Positions 63,526 through 64,000 of a stretch of DNA of 64,000 bases are shown in pieces. Made by a program: the position numbers and the translations under genes. The stretch is taken from contig CAVSQW010000005.1 in assembly GCA_963730185.1 (NCBI GenBank), positions 32,001 to 96,000 of the forward strand, in the 5' to 3' direction. This DNA comes from an uncultured Gemmatimonadales bacterium. Its GTDB lineage: Bacteria; Gemmatimonadota; Gemmatimonadetes; Gemmatimonadales; GWC2-71-9. The notes under the pieces are model-generated. The model worked only from the letters and a program-made list of their open reading frames with translations, searched no databases and was not told the DNA's origin. Each line of letters opens with the position of its first letter. Positions within the stretch are counted from its first letter, which is position 1.

Positions 63526-64000
63526 GCGGTCCCGAGCCGCTCGTCACGCGCGCAGGGCCTCGGGATGTCGTTTCCCGGGGTCCGCGCGCTGGCAGCCGTC
63601 GACTTCGACGTCCGGCCCGGTGAAGTGCACGCCCTGGTCGGGCGAGAACGGCGCCGGCAAGTCCACGCTCGGCCGGATGCTGGGCGGCGAGATGGTACCG
63701 GACGAGGGTCGCCTCATCATCGCCGGCACGCCCGCGCTCGCTCCGCTCGCCCCGCGAGGGCCTGGCCGCCGGCGTGGCGATGATCCCGCAGGAGTTCCAG
63801 CTGGTCGTCACCCTTTCGGTGGCCGAGAACATCATGCTCGGCCGCGAGCCCCGGCTCGGCTCCGGGCTGGTGAACCGAATGGCGTTGCGCAAGGCGGCCC
63901 GCGATGCCCTCGATGCGGTCGGGGCCGGCCACGTCTCGCCGACCGCGCTCGTCGACGAGCTCACCCCCGGCGACCGGCAGCTGGTGGCGATCGCCCGGGC
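63522..64000 (+). CDS. Sugar ABC transporter ATP-binding protein (RbsA/MglA-like), partial and frameshifted
   Basis: SFPGVRAL...GEVHALVG(E)NGAGKSTL Walker A after removing one [17 protein letters not shown]. Confidence 0.85.

Overview
High-GC (about 70%), gene-dense bacterial chromosomal segment. Gene content suggests Gemmatimonadota (inference): SusC/SusD pairs outside Bacteroidota, many exported beta-barrels and peptidases, a eukaryote-like Ser/Thr kinase, and a PGN-type EF-P. About 48 CDS; no rRNA, tRNA, CRISPR array or mobile element recognised. Main blocks: exported/OM proteins; a Ddl-like ATP-grasp ligase coupled to a four-zinc-ribbon HEXXH peptidase opposite an amidase; two tandem paralogous SusC/SusD pairs, each behind the same sigma54-type promoter layout (tandem GTGTC-N5-GACWC sites, IHF-like box, -24/-12); sahR-ahcY with a shared 16-bp operator, then lepB; efp; kinase; ECF sigma/anti-sigma/DUF4097 operon; MFS plus Gfo-ApbE-Gfo plus DUF1080; ada, AKR, DinB, fadA/fadB, THUMP methyltransferase, hrpB; peptidases; a TonB-receptor-like barrel with a Spy/CpxP-like tail; tag with a PC4-like small protein; and two GH172 genes with a fucose/D-arabinose isomerase-like gene and a sugar ABC ATPase. 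Single-base indels near 2354 and 30089, possibly near 47290, and many in 61850-64000 most likely reflect assembly errors. All family calls are from motif recognition by eye; no searches were run.
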